Source: an uncultured Gammaproteobacteria bacterium (GTDB lineage: Bacteria; Pseudomonadota; Gammaproteobacteria; JBBQDK01). From it: a stretch of DNA of 64,000 nt. Position 1 is the stretch's first letter. Every line of letters begins with the position of its first letter. Below the pieces are notes generated by a model. That model made no database searches. It had not been told where the DNA came from and was given only the letters and a program-made list of their open reading frames with translations. The translations under genes and the position numbers were made by a program. Positions 1 to 10,806 of this stretch are shown in pieces. The DNA lies in NCBI GenBank assembly GCA_963778665.1, contig CAVZVG010000003.1, positions 463,766 through 527,765 of the forward strand, in the 5' to 3' direction.

Positions 1-1
1 G

Positions 2-61
2 GTGCTCGAGCCCAACTCCGAGTTCTTCAAGTACTTCAAGGGTACGAGCGGCAAACCGTAA
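2..61 (+). CDS. hflC: 3' end of protease modulator HflC (partial)
   Basis: Reads VLEPNSEFFKYFKGTSGKP*, like the HflC C-terminus (..L.P.S.FF.Y); sits in the conserved hflC-DUF2065-hisZ-purA order. Confidence 0.8.
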   Translation: MLEPNSEFFKYFKGTSGKP

Positions 62-78
62 GCGCGGCGGCGGCTCCG

Positions 79-273
79 ATGACCATGTGGAACGATTTGC
101 TTGCCGCCGTCGCGTTGCTTCTGGTCATCGAGGGTATCCTGCCGTTCATGAATCCAAAGGCATTGCGCAATACGCTCCAGCAGATGATCAAGCTGGACGA
201 CCGCAGTCTGCGGCTGATCGGGCTGGGCAGCATGCTGGCGGGAGTGGCCCTGCTCTATTGGCTGAGGGGATGA
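79..273 (+). CDS. DUF2065 (YjeT-like) small membrane protein
   Basis: 64 aa hydrophobic ORF with LLVIEGILPF..P motif; conserved position after hflC. Confidence 0.85.
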   Translation: MTMWNDLLAAVALLLVIEGILPFMNPKALRNTLQQMIKLDDRSLRLIGLGSMLAGVALLYWLRG

Positions 274-278
274 ACAAT

Positions 279-355
279 GTAGGGTGGGCAACTTGTTGCC
301 CACGCGGTCTTGGCGTCCGCGACCGGCGCGTGGGCAGCGAAGCTGCCCACCCTAC
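279..355. repeat. GTAG-type REP doublet (GTAGGGTGGGCA...TGCCCACCCTAC)
   Basis: Inverted arms GTAGGGTGGGCA/TGCCCACCCTAC with internal hairpins; second copy at 8562-8652. Confidence 0.85.
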
Positions 356-405
356 TTAATACTGCGCGATGTAGTACTACACCATCATCAACACACAGAA
401 CCGCT

Positions 406-1599
406 ATGAAAGAACGCTGGCTACTTCCTGAAGGTATCGACGAGGTGCTGCCGCCGCAGGCCGCGCGCCTGGAACGCTTGCGTCGCCGGCTGCTCGATCT
501 GTATGCGGGCTGGGGCTATGAGCTGATCATGCCGCCCTTCATCGAGTATCTGGAATCGCTGCTCATCGGCACCGGCAACGATCTCGATCTGCAGACCTTC
601 AAACTCACCGACCAGCTTACCGGTCGCATGATGGGCGTGCGCGCCGACATCACGCCGCAGGCCGCGCGCATCGACGCACATCGTCTGCAGCGCGCCACAC
701 CGGTGCGGCTCTGCTATCTGGGAACGGTGCTGCGCACCCGGCCGGACGGCTTCGCCGGCTCGCGCAGTCCCTTGCAGATCGGTGCCGAACTGTTCGGCCA
801 CGCCGGCGTGGAGAGCGATCTGGAGATCATGGCGCTGATGCTGGAGACACTCGATACCACCGGTGTCAGCGACGTGCATGTGGATCTCGGTCATGTCGGG
901 ATCTACCGTGGTCTGCTGCGCGACGCCAAACTCGACGCGGACACCGCGGCGCTGTTGTTCGATGCGCTGCAACGCAAGGCGCGGGCGGACATCGATGCCT
1001 TGCTGGCACAGGCGGACATCACCCGAAGCGCGCGCGACCAGCTTGCCGCGCTGTCGGACCTGAACGGCGGTGTGGAATGTCTGGACGCCGCCGCCACTGC
1101 TTTACGTGACGCGGCGCCCGATGTCCGCGCCGCCCTCGACGACCTGCGCCGCATCGCCGCGGGTCTGCAGGCACGCCGGCCGAACCTGCCGCTGCATTTC
1201 GATCTCGCGGAATTGCGCGGTTATCACTATCATACCGGCCCGGTATTCGCCGCTTTCGTGCCCGGGCACGGTCAGGCCGCCGCGCAGGGTGGGCGTTACG
1301 ATGACATCGGCAGCGTGTTCGGTCAGGCGCGACCCGCCACCGGTTTCAGTGCGGACCTGAAAACCCTGGTGTCGCTCGCCGCCGCGGAAGCGCCCGCGCC
1401 GCGCGCCGCGATCTTTGCGCCTGTGAATGCCGATGCCGCCCAGGTCCAGGCCTTGCGCGCCGCCGGCGAGTGTGTGATCAGCGCACTGCCCGGACAAAGC
1501 GGCGGCGCACGCGAGATGGGCTGCGAACGGGAGTTGCGCAAAGAAGGCGCGAAGTGGGCGGTGGTTGCGGTCGCGACCGATAAAGCCAAGAGCGTGTAG
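406..1599 (+). CDS. hisZ: ATP phosphoribosyltransferase regulatory subunit
   Basis: MKERWLLPEGIDEVLPP start, RADITPQAARIDAH and GGRYD motifs; directly upstream of purA; ATG at 406. Confidence 0.95.
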   Translation: MKERWLLPEGIDEVLPPQAARLERLRRRLLDLYAGWGYELIMPPFIEYLESLLIGTGNDLDLQTFKLTDQLTGRMMGVRADITPQAARIDAHRLQRATPVRLCYLGTVLRTRPDGFAGSRSPLQIGAELFGHAGVESDLEIMALMLETLDTTGVSDVHVDLGHVGIYRGLLRDAKLDADTAALLFDALQRKARADIDALLAQADITRSARDQLAALSDLNGGVECLDAAATALRDAAPDVRAALDDLRRIAAGLQARRPNLPLHFDLAELRGYHYHTGPVFAAFVPGHGQAAAQGGRYDDIGSVFGQARPATGFSADLKTLVSLAAAEAPAPRAAIFAPVNADAAQVQALRAAGECVISALPGQSGGAREMGCERELRKEGAKWAVVAVATDKAKSV

Positions 1600-1615
1600 C
1601 AAATGAACACTGAAC

Positions 1616-1681
1616 AGCATTGACCACGGAGGACACGGAGAAGAATAATTATTCTTCTCCGTGTCCTCCGTGGTCAATGCT
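1616..1681. repeat. Perfect 66-bp palindrome of the CCACGGAGGACACGGAG family
   Basis: AGCATTGACCACGGAGGACACGGAGAAGAATAA is followed directly by its exact reverse complement; same family at about 40941-41146 and 42089-42290. Confidence 0.9.
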
Positions 1682-1751
1682 TTTAGTTAACCCTACAAAG
1701 TCCCGGGTGCCCGGCATTCGGTTATTTTTTAATTTACGCAGAGCAGGGTAA

Positions 1752-3047
<1,296 letters not shown>

Positions 3048-3102
3048 TCCGGGCGCTGTTTGGAGCGAAGAAAAATCCAGGGAGGGATGGTTTGGAAAAA
3101 CG

Positions 3103-3133
3103 CCCGCATTACGCTGCGCTTAATGCGGGTTAC
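3103..3133. repeat. Single REP-like hairpin (CCCGCATTACGCTGCGCTTAATGCGGGTTAC)
   Basis: Imperfect palindrome ending in a GTAG/GTAA-like tetranucleotide on the minus strand, between purA and tRNA-Leu. Confidence 0.55.
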
Positions 3134-3140
3134 ATCGAAT

Positions 3141-3227
3141 TGGTGCCGTGGAGAGGACTCGAACCTCCACAGGTGTTAACCTACTAGCACCTGAAGCTAG
3201 CGCGTCTACCAGTTCCGCCACCACGGC
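3141..3227 (-). tRNA. tRNA-Leu (anticodon CAG)
   Basis: Minus strand GCCGTGGTGGCGGAACTGGTAGACGCG-CTAGC-TTCAGGT-GCTAG...GGTTCGAGTCC..CACGGCACCA; long variable arm, CCA end. Confidence 0.97.
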
Positions 3228-3279
3228 TTTATCTGCAGGCCAGGGCCCGTGACACGGACCCTGCTTTAGAAAGGTTGGC

Positions 3280-3308
3280 AATGTACCGGGAGCGTGACGG
3301 GTTGTCAA
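3280..3308 (-). promoter_or_regulatory. Sigma-70 promoter of tRNA-Leu
   Basis: Minus strand TTGACA-N17-TACATT. Confidence 0.7.
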
Positions 3309-3426
3309 TCGGCGCGGCTCGGACCACAATAGCGACCTCGAATCGGCGGTTTTCGCCACATTCCCACACTTCATCCGACCGCAAATCAACTCGTGACGCG
3401 GTTCGGCACTCGGAATTCTCTTGAAT

Positions 3427-5742
3427 ATGTCTGACAGTAAAGCCAATAAACCTCGTAAACCCCGTAAACGTACCGCAAAGCCCGCTATCGCCGCCGATCC
3501 ACATGCCGAGCGCGAGGCGGTCAAATACGAAAACCCGATTCCCAGCCGCGAATTCATCCTCGCACACATCGCGGAGCGCGGCGAACCGCTCGATTACGAG
3601 CAACTCGCTTCCGAGCTGGCGCTGCACGACGAAGAGCCGCGCGAGGCATTGCGCCGTCGCCTGAATGCCATGGTGCGCGACGGTCAACTGGTGCGCAATC
3701 GCCGTGAAGGCATGGTGCTGGTCAATCAACAGGACATGGTGGCCGGTCGCATCATCGGTCATCCGGACGGTTTCGGCTTCCTGGTGCCGGACGAGGGCGG
3801 CGACGATCTTTTTCTCACGCCACGGCAGATGCGTGGCGTGATGAACGGCGACCGTGCCGTGGCGCGGGTCACCGGCATCGATCGTCGTGGCCGCCCCGAA
3901 GGCGCGATCGTCGAAGTACTGGAGCGCAATACCCAGCGTGTGGTCGGTCGCTATCGCAGCGAAAGCGGCGTCGGATTCGTGGTGCCCGATCACAAGCGTC
4001 TGACGCAGGAGATTATCATTCCGGCCGAGATGCAGGGTGCTGCCCGGAACGGTCAGATCGTCACCGCGGAAATCGTCGAGCAGCCGACCACGCATTCGCA
4101 GCCGATCGGCCGCATTGTCGAGGTGCTGGGCGATCACATGGCGCCCGGCATGGAAATCGATGTCGCGATCCGCGCCCACAATCTGCCATTGGCGTGGCCG
4201 GAGGCGGTGCTGGAACAGATTTCCACGCTGTCGGAACAGGTGCCGGAAGACGCCAAGCTGAACCGCCTCGACCTGCGCAACACGCCGCTGGTCACCATCG
4301 ACGGCGCCGATGCGCGCGACTTCGACGATGCGGTGTACTGCGAACGCAAGCCCAAAGGCTGGCGCCTGCTGGTGGCGATCGCCGATGTTTCTCACTACGT
4401 GGTGCCCGGCACCGCACTCGATAACGAGGCGCGCGTCCGCAGCACCTCCGTGTACTTCCCCGAGCGCGTCATCCCGATGCTGCCTGAGATTCTCTCCAAC
4501 GGCCTTTGTTCGATCAATCCGCAGGTCGATCGCCTGTGCATGGTCGCCGAACTGAGTTTTGATAACGACGGCAAGGTCACGCGTACGGCATTTCATGAAG
4601 GCGTGATGCGCTCGGCCGCGCGGCTTATCTATGACGATGTGGCGAAGATGGTGGTCGATGGTGATGTCGCGCTGCGTGAGAAATACGCGGCGGTTGTCCC
4701 GCACCTCGATAATCTCCATGCATTCTACAAAGTGCTGCGGGTGGCGCGCGAGAAACGCGGCGCCATCGATTTCGACACCACCGAAACGCGCATCGTCTTC
4801 GGCGCCGACCGCAAGATCGAATCGATCGTGCCGGTGATCCGCAACGACGCGCACAAGCTTATCGAAGAGTGCATGGTGGCCGCCAATGTCGCCGCCGCAC
4901 GTTACCTGGAAAAGCACAAGATGCCGGCGCTGTACCGCGTGCACGCGGGGCCGCCGCCGGAGAAACTTGCCGATCTGCGCAGTTTCCTTGGCGAACTGGG
5001 TTTGACACTGAAGGGTGGCGACAAGCCGCATGCCCTGCATTACGCCGAACTGCTCGCCACCGTGCATGAACGCCCCGATGCGCATCTGATCGAGACCGTG
5101 ATGCTGCGCTCGCTCTCGCAGGCGGTGTACAGCCCGGACAACGTCGGCCATTTCGGTCTCGCGCACGACGCCTATGCGCACTTCACCTCGCCGATCCGCC
5201 GCTATCCCGACCTGATGGTGCACCGCGCCATCCGTCATACGCTGCGTGGCGGCACGGCCGAGAACTTCGCCTACACGCATCCGGACATGGTGTTGCTCGG
5301 CGCGCACTGCTCGACCAACGAGCGCCGCGCCGACGATGCCACGCGCGACGCGGTCAGTTGGCTGAAGTGCGAGTACATGATGGACAAGGTCGGCGAGATC
5401 TATCCGGGCACCATCAGCAGCGTGACATCCTTCGGACTGTTCGTGGAGCTCGACGAGATCTTCGTCGAAGGCCTGGTGCATGTCACCGCGCTCGACAACG
5501 ATTACTATCATTTCGATCCGGCCGGCCACCGTCTGCGTGGCGAACGTACCGGCAAGCTCTATCGGCTCGCCGATCGCATCACCGTGAAGGTGGTGCGCGT
5601 CAATCTCGACGACCGCAAGGTGGACTTCGAACTGGCGGAAAGCGCCGCCGACTCGCACACGAGAATGCGCGAGCCCGGTGAAGCCAAAGGCGCCAGGACG
5701 CCGCGCAAATCCACCAAGAAGAAGCGCAGCAGACGGCGCTGA
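3427..5742 (+). CDS. rnr: Ribonuclease R
   Basis: HPDGFGF cold-shock domain, TIDGADARDFDDA catalytic motif, HFTSPIRRYPDL, S1 domain, basic tail. Confidence 0.98.
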   Translation: MSDSKANKPRKPRKRTAKPAIAADPHAEREAVKYENPIPSREFILAHIAERGEPLDYEQLASELALHDEEPREALRRRLNAMVRDGQLVRNRREGMVLVNQQDMVAGRIIGHPDGFGFLVPDEGGDDLFLTPRQMRGVMNGDRAVARVTGIDRRGRPEGAIVEVLERNTQRVVGRYRSESGVGFVVPDHKRLTQEIIIPAEMQGAARNGQIVTAEIVEQPTTHSQPIGRIVEVLGDHMAPGMEIDVAIRAHNLPLAWPEAVLEQISTLSEQVPEDAKLNRLDLRNTPLVTIDGADARDFDDAVYCERKPKGWRLLVAIADVSHYVVPGTALDNEARVRSTSVYFPERVIPMLPEILSNGLCSINPQVDRLCMVAELSFDNDGKVTRTAFHEGVMRSAARLIYDDVAKMVVDGDVALREKYAAVVPHLDNLHAFYKVLRVAREKRGAIDFDTTETRIVFGADRKIESIVPVIRNDAHKLIEECMVAANVAAARYLEKHKMPALYRVHAGPPPEKLADLRSFLGELGLTLKGGDKPHALHYAELLATVHERPDAHLIETVMLRSLSQAVYSPDNVGHFGLAHDAYAHFTSPIRRYPDLMVHRAIRHTLRGGTAENFAYTHPDMVLLGAHCSTNERRADDATRDAVSWLKCEYMMDKVGEIYPGTISSVTSFGLFVELDEIFVEGLVHVTALDNDYYHFDPAGHRLRGERTGKLYRLADRITVKVVRVNLDDRKVDFELAESAADSHTRMREPGEAKGARTPRKSTKKKRSRRR

Positions 5743-5824
5743 GGGTTCGGTGTTCGCGGATGAAATTATTTGGCTGCGAGTGAGCGCGAATAAACCCAAT
5801 CAATGACATATGGAGCACCGAGAA

Positions 5825-6038
5825 ACCCGGTTCTCACAAAATCAGTCCCCTCTCCCCCTGGGAGAGGGCCAGGGTGAGGGAAACCAATTCGGCATCTTCT
5901 TACTCTTGGTGAGTGCAGAATTATTCGCTTTCACGTGAGCGAAAATGAACTTGGTGCCAGTGGGAGTGGGGCGTTGTATTTATCCCCCTCACCCTGACCC
6001 TCTCCCGGAGGGAGAGGGGACTCACTTTTTGTGTGACT
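5825..6038. repeat. MITE-like element with inverted CCCTCTCCC..GGGAGAGGG..GGGTGAGGG palindromes
   Basis: TCCCCTCTCCCCCTGGGAGAGGGCCAGGGTGAGGG and CCCTCACCCTGACCCTCTCCCGGAGGGAGAGGGGA face each other; outer flanks (TCTCACAAAA/TTTTTGTGTGA) are also inverted. Confidence 0.8.
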
Positions 6039-6103
6039 GATTAATTTGGATTTCAGTCGGTTTATTTCGGCCATACTGTTTTCAATTCACTCGGCACTAA
6101 CGA

Positions 6104-6853
6104 ATGCACGAACAACTCGTCTACGGATTGCATGCGGTAGAGGCGCTGCTGGCGCGAGCGCCTGAGCGGGTCACCGCCGTGTGGGCGCTGCGCGGCCGCC
6201 ACGATGCGCGCCTCGAAGCGCTGTTGGACATCGCCCGTGCCGCGGGCATCACCATACACAGCGTGGAGCGCGACAGGCTCGATGAGATGAGCGGCGGCGG
6301 GCGCCATCAGGGTATTGCGCTGCACAGTCGTGAAGTCGCGCCGCTCAGCGAGACGGGTCTGGAGGATCTGATCACGACACTCGCCGTGCCGCCGCTGTTG
6401 CTGGTGCTGGACGGCGTGCAGGATCCGCATAACCTCGGCGCCTGTCTGCGCAGCGCCGATGCCGCCGGCGCGCACGCGGTGATCGCGCCGCGCGACCGTG
6501 CCGCCAGTCTCACCGCGACGGTGCGCAAGGTCGCCAGCGGCGCTGCGGAGAATATCCCGTTCGCGCAGGTCACCAATCTGGCGCGCACGCTGCGCTGGTT
6601 GCAGGATGCCGGTATCTGGATCGTCGGTGCCGCCGGGGAAGCCGACGCGTCGCTCTACGATCTCGATCTGCGCGGTCCGCTGGCGCTGGTGCTCGGCGCG
6701 GAAGGCAAGGGCATGCGGCGCCTGACCCGTGAATGCTGCGATCATGTGGCGCATATTCCGATGGCGGGCAGCGTGGCCAGTCTCAACGTCTCGGTCGCGG
6801 CGGGCGTGTTTCTGTTCGAAGCGGTGCGGCAACGCCTTGTACCGGATGCCTAG
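6104..6853 (+). CDS. rlmB: 23S rRNA (Gm2251) 2'-O-methyltransferase
   Basis: LDGVQDPHNLGACLR, GAEGKG and SLNVSVA SPOUT motifs; follows rnr. Confidence 0.96.
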   Translation: MHEQLVYGLHAVEALLARAPERVTAVWALRGRHDARLEALLDIARAAGITIHSVERDRLDEMSGGGRHQGIALHSREVAPLSETGLEDLITTLAVPPLLLVLDGVQDPHNLGACLRSADAAGAHAVIAPRDRAASLTATVRKVASGAAENIPFAQVTNLARTLRWLQDAGIWIVGAAGEADASLYDLDLRGPLALVLGAEGKGMRRLTRECCDHVAHIPMAGSVASLNVSVAAGVFLFEAVRQRLVPDA

Positions 6854-6869
6854 TTGAACCCGTCGCACC

Positions 6870-7685
6870 ATGCCGTCTAAGCGCCGGCGCGGCAAAAACG
6901 CACCGCGCCCGATCACGTGGCGGATGCTGCGGATCAGCCTGCTGAGTGTGGTGTTGGCCATGACGGCCCTGAGTGCCTGGCTGACGCGTCATCGTACCGC
7001 TGAATGGAATCGTCCACTGTGGGTCGTGGCCTTTCCCATCAACGCGGATGGCAGTGCCGTGACCGCCGCGTATATCGACGCGCTGACGCGGGATGATTTC
7101 GCGCCCATCGAACGCTATCTGACCGAACAGGCGCGCAGCTATGGCATGACGCGCGCCGCGCCGCTGGAAATCCGCCTCGGTCCGCGTCTGACGCAGAGTC
7201 CGCCCGCGCCGCCTCACGACAGGTCGGTGTTACAGGTCGTGGCCTGGAGTCTGCGGCTGCGCTGGTGGGCCTGGCGTGCGGCCGCTGCCTACGATGGCCC
7301 TCCCATCGATGTACGGCTGTTCCTGCGCTATCACGACCCCGCCCTGTCGCCACGGCTGGCGCATTCGCTGGGACTCAAGGAAGGCATGATCGGCATCGCC
7401 AATGTCTTCGCCGACCGCAAGATGGCGGGATCGAACCGGGTGGTGATCGCGCATGAACTGCTGCACACGGTGGGTGCCACCGACAAATACGACCCGGCCA
7501 CCAGCCTGCCGCGCTATCCCGACGGCTATGCGGAGCCGCAGCGGGTCCCGCTTTACCCGCAACGCTACGCGGAGTTGATGGCGGGCAGGCTGCCCCAAAG
7601 CGAAGCGGTCGCCACCATCCCATTGAGCCTGGCGACAACCCGCATCGGCGCTGTCACGGCACGGGAGATCGGCTGGATCAAGTGA
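6870..7685 (+). CDS. Hypothetical membrane-anchored protein with HExxH zinc-metallopeptidase motif
   Basis: N-terminal hydrophobic segment; VIAHELLHTVGATDKY; start codon may be further downstream. Confidence 0.7.
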   Translation: MPSKRRRGKNAPRPITWRMLRISLLSVVLAMTALSAWLTRHRTAEWNRPLWVVAFPINADGSAVTAAYIDALTRDDFAPIERYLTEQARSYGMTRAAPLEIRLGPRLTQSPPAPPHDRSVLQVVAWSLRLRWWAWRAAAAYDGPPIDVRLFLRYHDPALSPRLAHSLGLKEGMIGIANVFADRKMAGSNRVVIAHELLHTVGATDKYDPATSLPRYPDGYAEPQRVPLYPQRYAELMAGRLPQSEAVATIPLSLATTRIGAVTAREIGWIK

Positions 7686-7745
7686 CCCGGCGGGGCGGTT
7701 TCCGGCGTCCGGCCGACCGGCAGGGAAGTATTGTCGATCAAGCGG

Positions 7746-7774
7746 TTGCCTGTCCGGCGGCCCTCAAGTAGAAT
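7746..7774 (+). promoter_or_regulatory. Sigma-70 promoter of rpsF operon
   Basis: TTGCCT-N17-TAGAAT followed by a GC-rich discriminator. Confidence 0.65.
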
Positions 7775-7805
7775 ACGCCTCCCTGCGACGCCCCGGCGTT
7801 GCTTA

Positions 7806-7851
7806 ACTCCTTGCCTGATCGCACACGCGGCAGGCTGCTACCCGTAAGGAG
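7806..7851 (+). promoter_or_regulatory. S6:S18 ribosomal-protein leader (autoregulatory RNA)
   Basis: CTCCTT pairs with the AAGGAG Shine-Dalgarno; inner GCCTG/CAGGC stem; unpaired CCC(G) before the SD; directly upstream of rpsF. Confidence 0.7.
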
Positions 7852-7856
7852 CTTTA

Positions 7857-8282
7857 ATGAAGCACTACGAAATCGTGTTTCTGGTCCACCCTGACCAGAG
7901 TGAACAGGTGCCCGGCATGATCGAGCGCTACCGCGCCACGATCGAATCCAAGGGCGGTGCCATCCACCGTCTGGAAGACTGGGGCCGTCGCCAGCTCGCC
8001 TATCCCATTCAGAAAGTCCACAAGGCCCACTACGTGCTCATGAACATCGAGTGCGACAAGGACACCCTGGACGAAATCAACAGCGCGTTCCGTTTCAACG
8101 ACGCCGTGCTGCGCAACCTCATCCTGATCCGCGACGAAGCGATCACCGAGCCGTCCTTCCTGGTCAAGTCCAAGGACGACCGCGATGATCGCCGCTCCGA
8201 CTCGGACGATGACTCCGCGCCGGCCGCCGATGACGCGCCCGCCGGTGACGACGAGGTTGTTGAGGACAATGCCGAGGCCTGA
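7857..8282 (+). CDS. rpsF: 30S ribosomal protein S6
   Basis: [28 protein letters not shown], acidic tail. Confidence 0.99.
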   Translation: MKHYEIVFLVHPDQSEQVPGMIERYRATIESKGGAIHRLEDWGRRQLAYPIQKVHKAHYVLMNIECDKDTLDEINSAFRFNDAVLRNLILIRDEAITEPSFLVKSKDDRDDRRSDSDDDSAPAADDAPAGDDEVVEDNAEA

Positions 8283-8329
8283 GGCCCGGCGAGTGTCCGA
8301 TCACGCATATCTGAATTGAGGGGAACACC

Positions 8330-8554
8330 ATGTCACGTTTTTTCCGCCGCCGTAAATTCTGCAAGTTCACCGCAGAAAAGACCAAAGAGATCGACTACAA
8401 GGATCTGCAGACGCTCAAGGGCTATGTCACCGAGACCGGCAAGATCGTACCGAGCCGCATCACCGGGACCAAGGCGCGCTATCAGCGCCAGCTCGCCACC
8501 GCCATCAAGCGGGCGCGTTTCCTGGCACTGCTGCCGTACACCGACGCGCAATAA
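8330..8554 (+). CDS. rpsR: 30S ribosomal protein S18
   Basis: [29 protein letters not shown]. Confidence 0.99.
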   Translation: MSRFFRRRKFCKFTAEKTKEIDYKDLQTLKGYVTETGKIVPSRITGTKARYQRQLATAIKRARFLALLPYTDAQ

Positions 8555-8561
8555 ATTGAAG

Positions 8562-8652
8562 GTAGGGTGGGCAACGTGTTGCCCACGCGTGACCTATACG
8601 CTTCTGCCATGCTTAGGCGTCACGCGCGGGCAGCCAATGCGGCCCACCCTAC
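8562..8652. repeat. GTAG-type REP doublet (same family as 279-355)
   Basis: GTAGGGTGGGCAACGTGTTGCCCACGCG...GCCCACCCTAC between rpsR and rplI. Confidence 0.8.
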
Positions 8653-8695
8653 AGTTATCCAAACGTAAACTGAATCTCTGTAAAAGGGCATAACG

Positions 8696-9151
8696 ATGGA
8701 AGTCATACTGCTGCAGAAGGTCGAAAATCTCGGTAACCTCGGCGACAAGGTCAAGGTTCGTGCCGGATATGGCCGCAATTTCCTGATCCCGCAGGGCAAG
8801 GCCACCACGGCCACCGCGGCCAACGTCGCCAAGTTCGAGGTGCGTCGTGCTGAACTCGAAAAGATCGCCGCCGAAGCCGTTGGCGCGGCCGAGCAGCGTC
8901 GCACCGCACTGGAAGGCCTGACGGTCACCGTCGCCGCCCATGCCGGTGACGAAGGCAAGCTGTTCGGCTCGGTCGGCACCTTCGACATCGCCGAGGCCGT
9001 CACGGCCCTGGGTCAACCGCTCGCCAAGCATGAAGTGCGTCTGCCGGCCGGCCCGTTCCGTCATACCGGCGAGTTCGAGGTCGAACTGCATCTGCACAGC
9101 GATGTGAACGCCAAGCTCAAGCTGATCATCGTCGGCGACAAAACCGCGTAG
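8696..9151 (+). CDS. rplI: 50S ribosomal protein L9
   Basis: [37 protein letters not shown]. Confidence 0.99.
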   Translation: MEVILLQKVENLGNLGDKVKVRAGYGRNFLIPQGKATTATAANVAKFEVRRAELEKIAAEAVGAAEQRRTALEGLTVTVAAHAGDEGKLFGSVGTFDIAEAVTALGQPLAKHEVRLPAGPFRHTGEFEVELHLHSDVNAKLKLIIVGDKTA

Positions 9152-9159
9152 TAATCCAT

Positions 9160-9245
9160 GTAGCCTGGGTTGAGCGAAGCGAAACCCGGGATCTCAGGTC
9201 GCAGCGCCAGACTTCCCGGGTTTCGCTTCGCTCAACCCAGGCTAC
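9160..9245. repeat. REP doublet family A (GTAGCCTGGGTTGAGCG.AGCGAAACCCGGG), spacer-containing form
   Basis: 31-bp inverted arms around a short spacer; other copies at 11903, 12157, 43101, 48416 and 51295. Confidence 0.92.
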
Positions 9246-9405
9246 ATTTTTTCGTACGACACCGCATTGCGTATCACATCACGCCGCTGCGCAATATCTC
9301 GCCACAGTTATGCACCGCTTATCCCGAGGCTTATCCGTTGCAGAGCCGGTCATGCTGCGCTAACCTGCTATGATTCCGATAACAACATGCTGATGGGAAG
9401 TGTAC

Positions 9406-10806
9406 ATGCCTGAATTGGCCCATCCGGTCGAAGCTCACACCAGCGCCGCCGCCGCGCTGAAGATTCCTCCTCACTCCATCGAAGCCGAACAGGCCGTACT
9501 CGGCGGTCTGATGCTGGACAACGCCGCCTGGGACCAGATCGCCGACAAGGTCAACGAAGAAGACTTCTACCGGCGCGATCACCGGCTGATCTTCCGCGCC
9601 ACCAGCGAGCTGGTCGAGAAGGGCAGCCCCTGCGATGTCGTGACCCTGGCCGAGTGGCTGGACAAACACGGCGAACTCGACAATGCCGGCGGCCTGGCCT
9701 ATCTCGGCGCCCTGGCGCGCGACACGCCCAGCGCCGCCAATATCCGCGCCTATGCCGACATCGTCCGCGAGCGCTCGGTGCTGCGCCAATTGATCCGCGT
9801 CGGCACCGACATCGCCAACGACGCCTTCCAGCCCGATGGCCGCGGCAGCAAGGAACTGCTCGAAACCGCCGAACAGGCGGTATTCCGCATCGCCGAGCAG
9901 GGCGGCCGTTCGCAACAGGGTTTCGTCGGCCTCAAACAATTGCTGACCGGCGCGGTCGACCGCATCGACACGCTGTTCCAGCGCGACGATCCGATCACCG
10001 GCATCGCCACCGGCTATACCGAATTCGACCACAAGACCGCCGGCCTGCAGCCGGGCGATCTGATCATCGTCGCCGGCCGCCCGTCCATGGGCAAGACCAG
10101 CTTCGCCATGAACATCGCCGAACACGCCGCCATCCGCGGCAAGCAGCCGGTGGCGGTATTCAGCATGGAAATGTCCGGCGAGCAGCTGGCCATGCGCATG
10201 ATGTCCTCGCTGGGCCGCATCGATCAGCACAAGGTGCGCACCGGCAAGCTCGACGATGCCGACTGGCCGCGCCTGACCTCGGCGGTGAGCATCCTCGCCG
10301 AAGCGCCGATGTTCATCGACGACACCCCGGCGCTCACGCCGACCGAACTGCGCGCCCGCGCGCGCCGTTTGAAGCGCGAGCACGGCGGCCTCGGTCTGAT
10401 CGTCATCGACTATCTTCAGCTCATGCAGGTTTCCAACTCGCGCGAGAACCGCGCCACGGAAATCTCCGAGATCTCGCGCAACCTCAAGGCGCTCGCCAAG
10501 GAACTGCGCGTGCCGGTGATGGCGCTGTCGCAGCTCAATCGAAGCCTGGAACAGCGTCCCAACAAGCGGCCGGTGATGTCCGACCTGCGCGAGTCCGGCG
10601 CCATCGAACAGGACGCCGACCTGATCATCTTCATCTACCGCGATGAAGTCTACGACCAGGACAGCCCCGACAAGGGCAAGGCCGAGATCATCATCGGCAA
10701 ACAGCGTAACGGTCCCATCGGCAGTATCGACCTGGCCTTCCTCGGCCAGTACACCCGCTTCGAGAATCTCGCCTACGACGATTACTCCGGCCGGGGCTTT
10801 TCATGA
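9406..10806 (+). CDS. dnaB: Replicative DNA helicase
   Basis: PPHSIEAEQAVLGG, GRPSMGKT Walker A, IDYLQL, DLRESGAIEQDAD; no intein. Confidence 0.99.
   Translation: MPELAHPVEAHTSAAAALKIPPHSIEAEQAVLGGLMLDNAAWDQIADKVNEEDFYRRDHRLIFRATSELVEKGSPCDVVTLAEWLDKHGELDNAGGLAYLGALARDTPSAANIRAYADIVRERSVLRQLIRVGTDIANDAFQPDGRGSKELLETAEQAVFRIAEQGGRSQQGFVGLKQLLTGAVDRIDTLFQRDDPITGIATGYTEFDHKTAGLQPGDLIIVAGRPSMGKTSFAMNIAEHAAIRGKQPVAVFSMEMSGEQLAMRMMSSLGRIDQHKVRTGKLDDADWPRLTSAVSILAEAPMFIDDTPALTPTELRARARRLKREHGGLGLIVIDYLQLMQVSNSRENRATEISEISRNLKALAKELRVPVMALSQLNRSLEQRPNKRPVMSDLRESGAIEQDADLIIFIYRDEVYDQDSPDKGKAEIIIGKQRNGPIGSIDLAFLGQYTRFENLAYDDYSGRGFS

Noticed and set aside
8282-8696. Absence of priB in the rpsF-rpsR-rplI operon
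   Set aside because: Common outside enterobacteria and Betaproteobacteria, so not unusual
9406-10806. Intein in dnaB
   Set aside because: Protein length (about 467 aa) and motif spacing are normal
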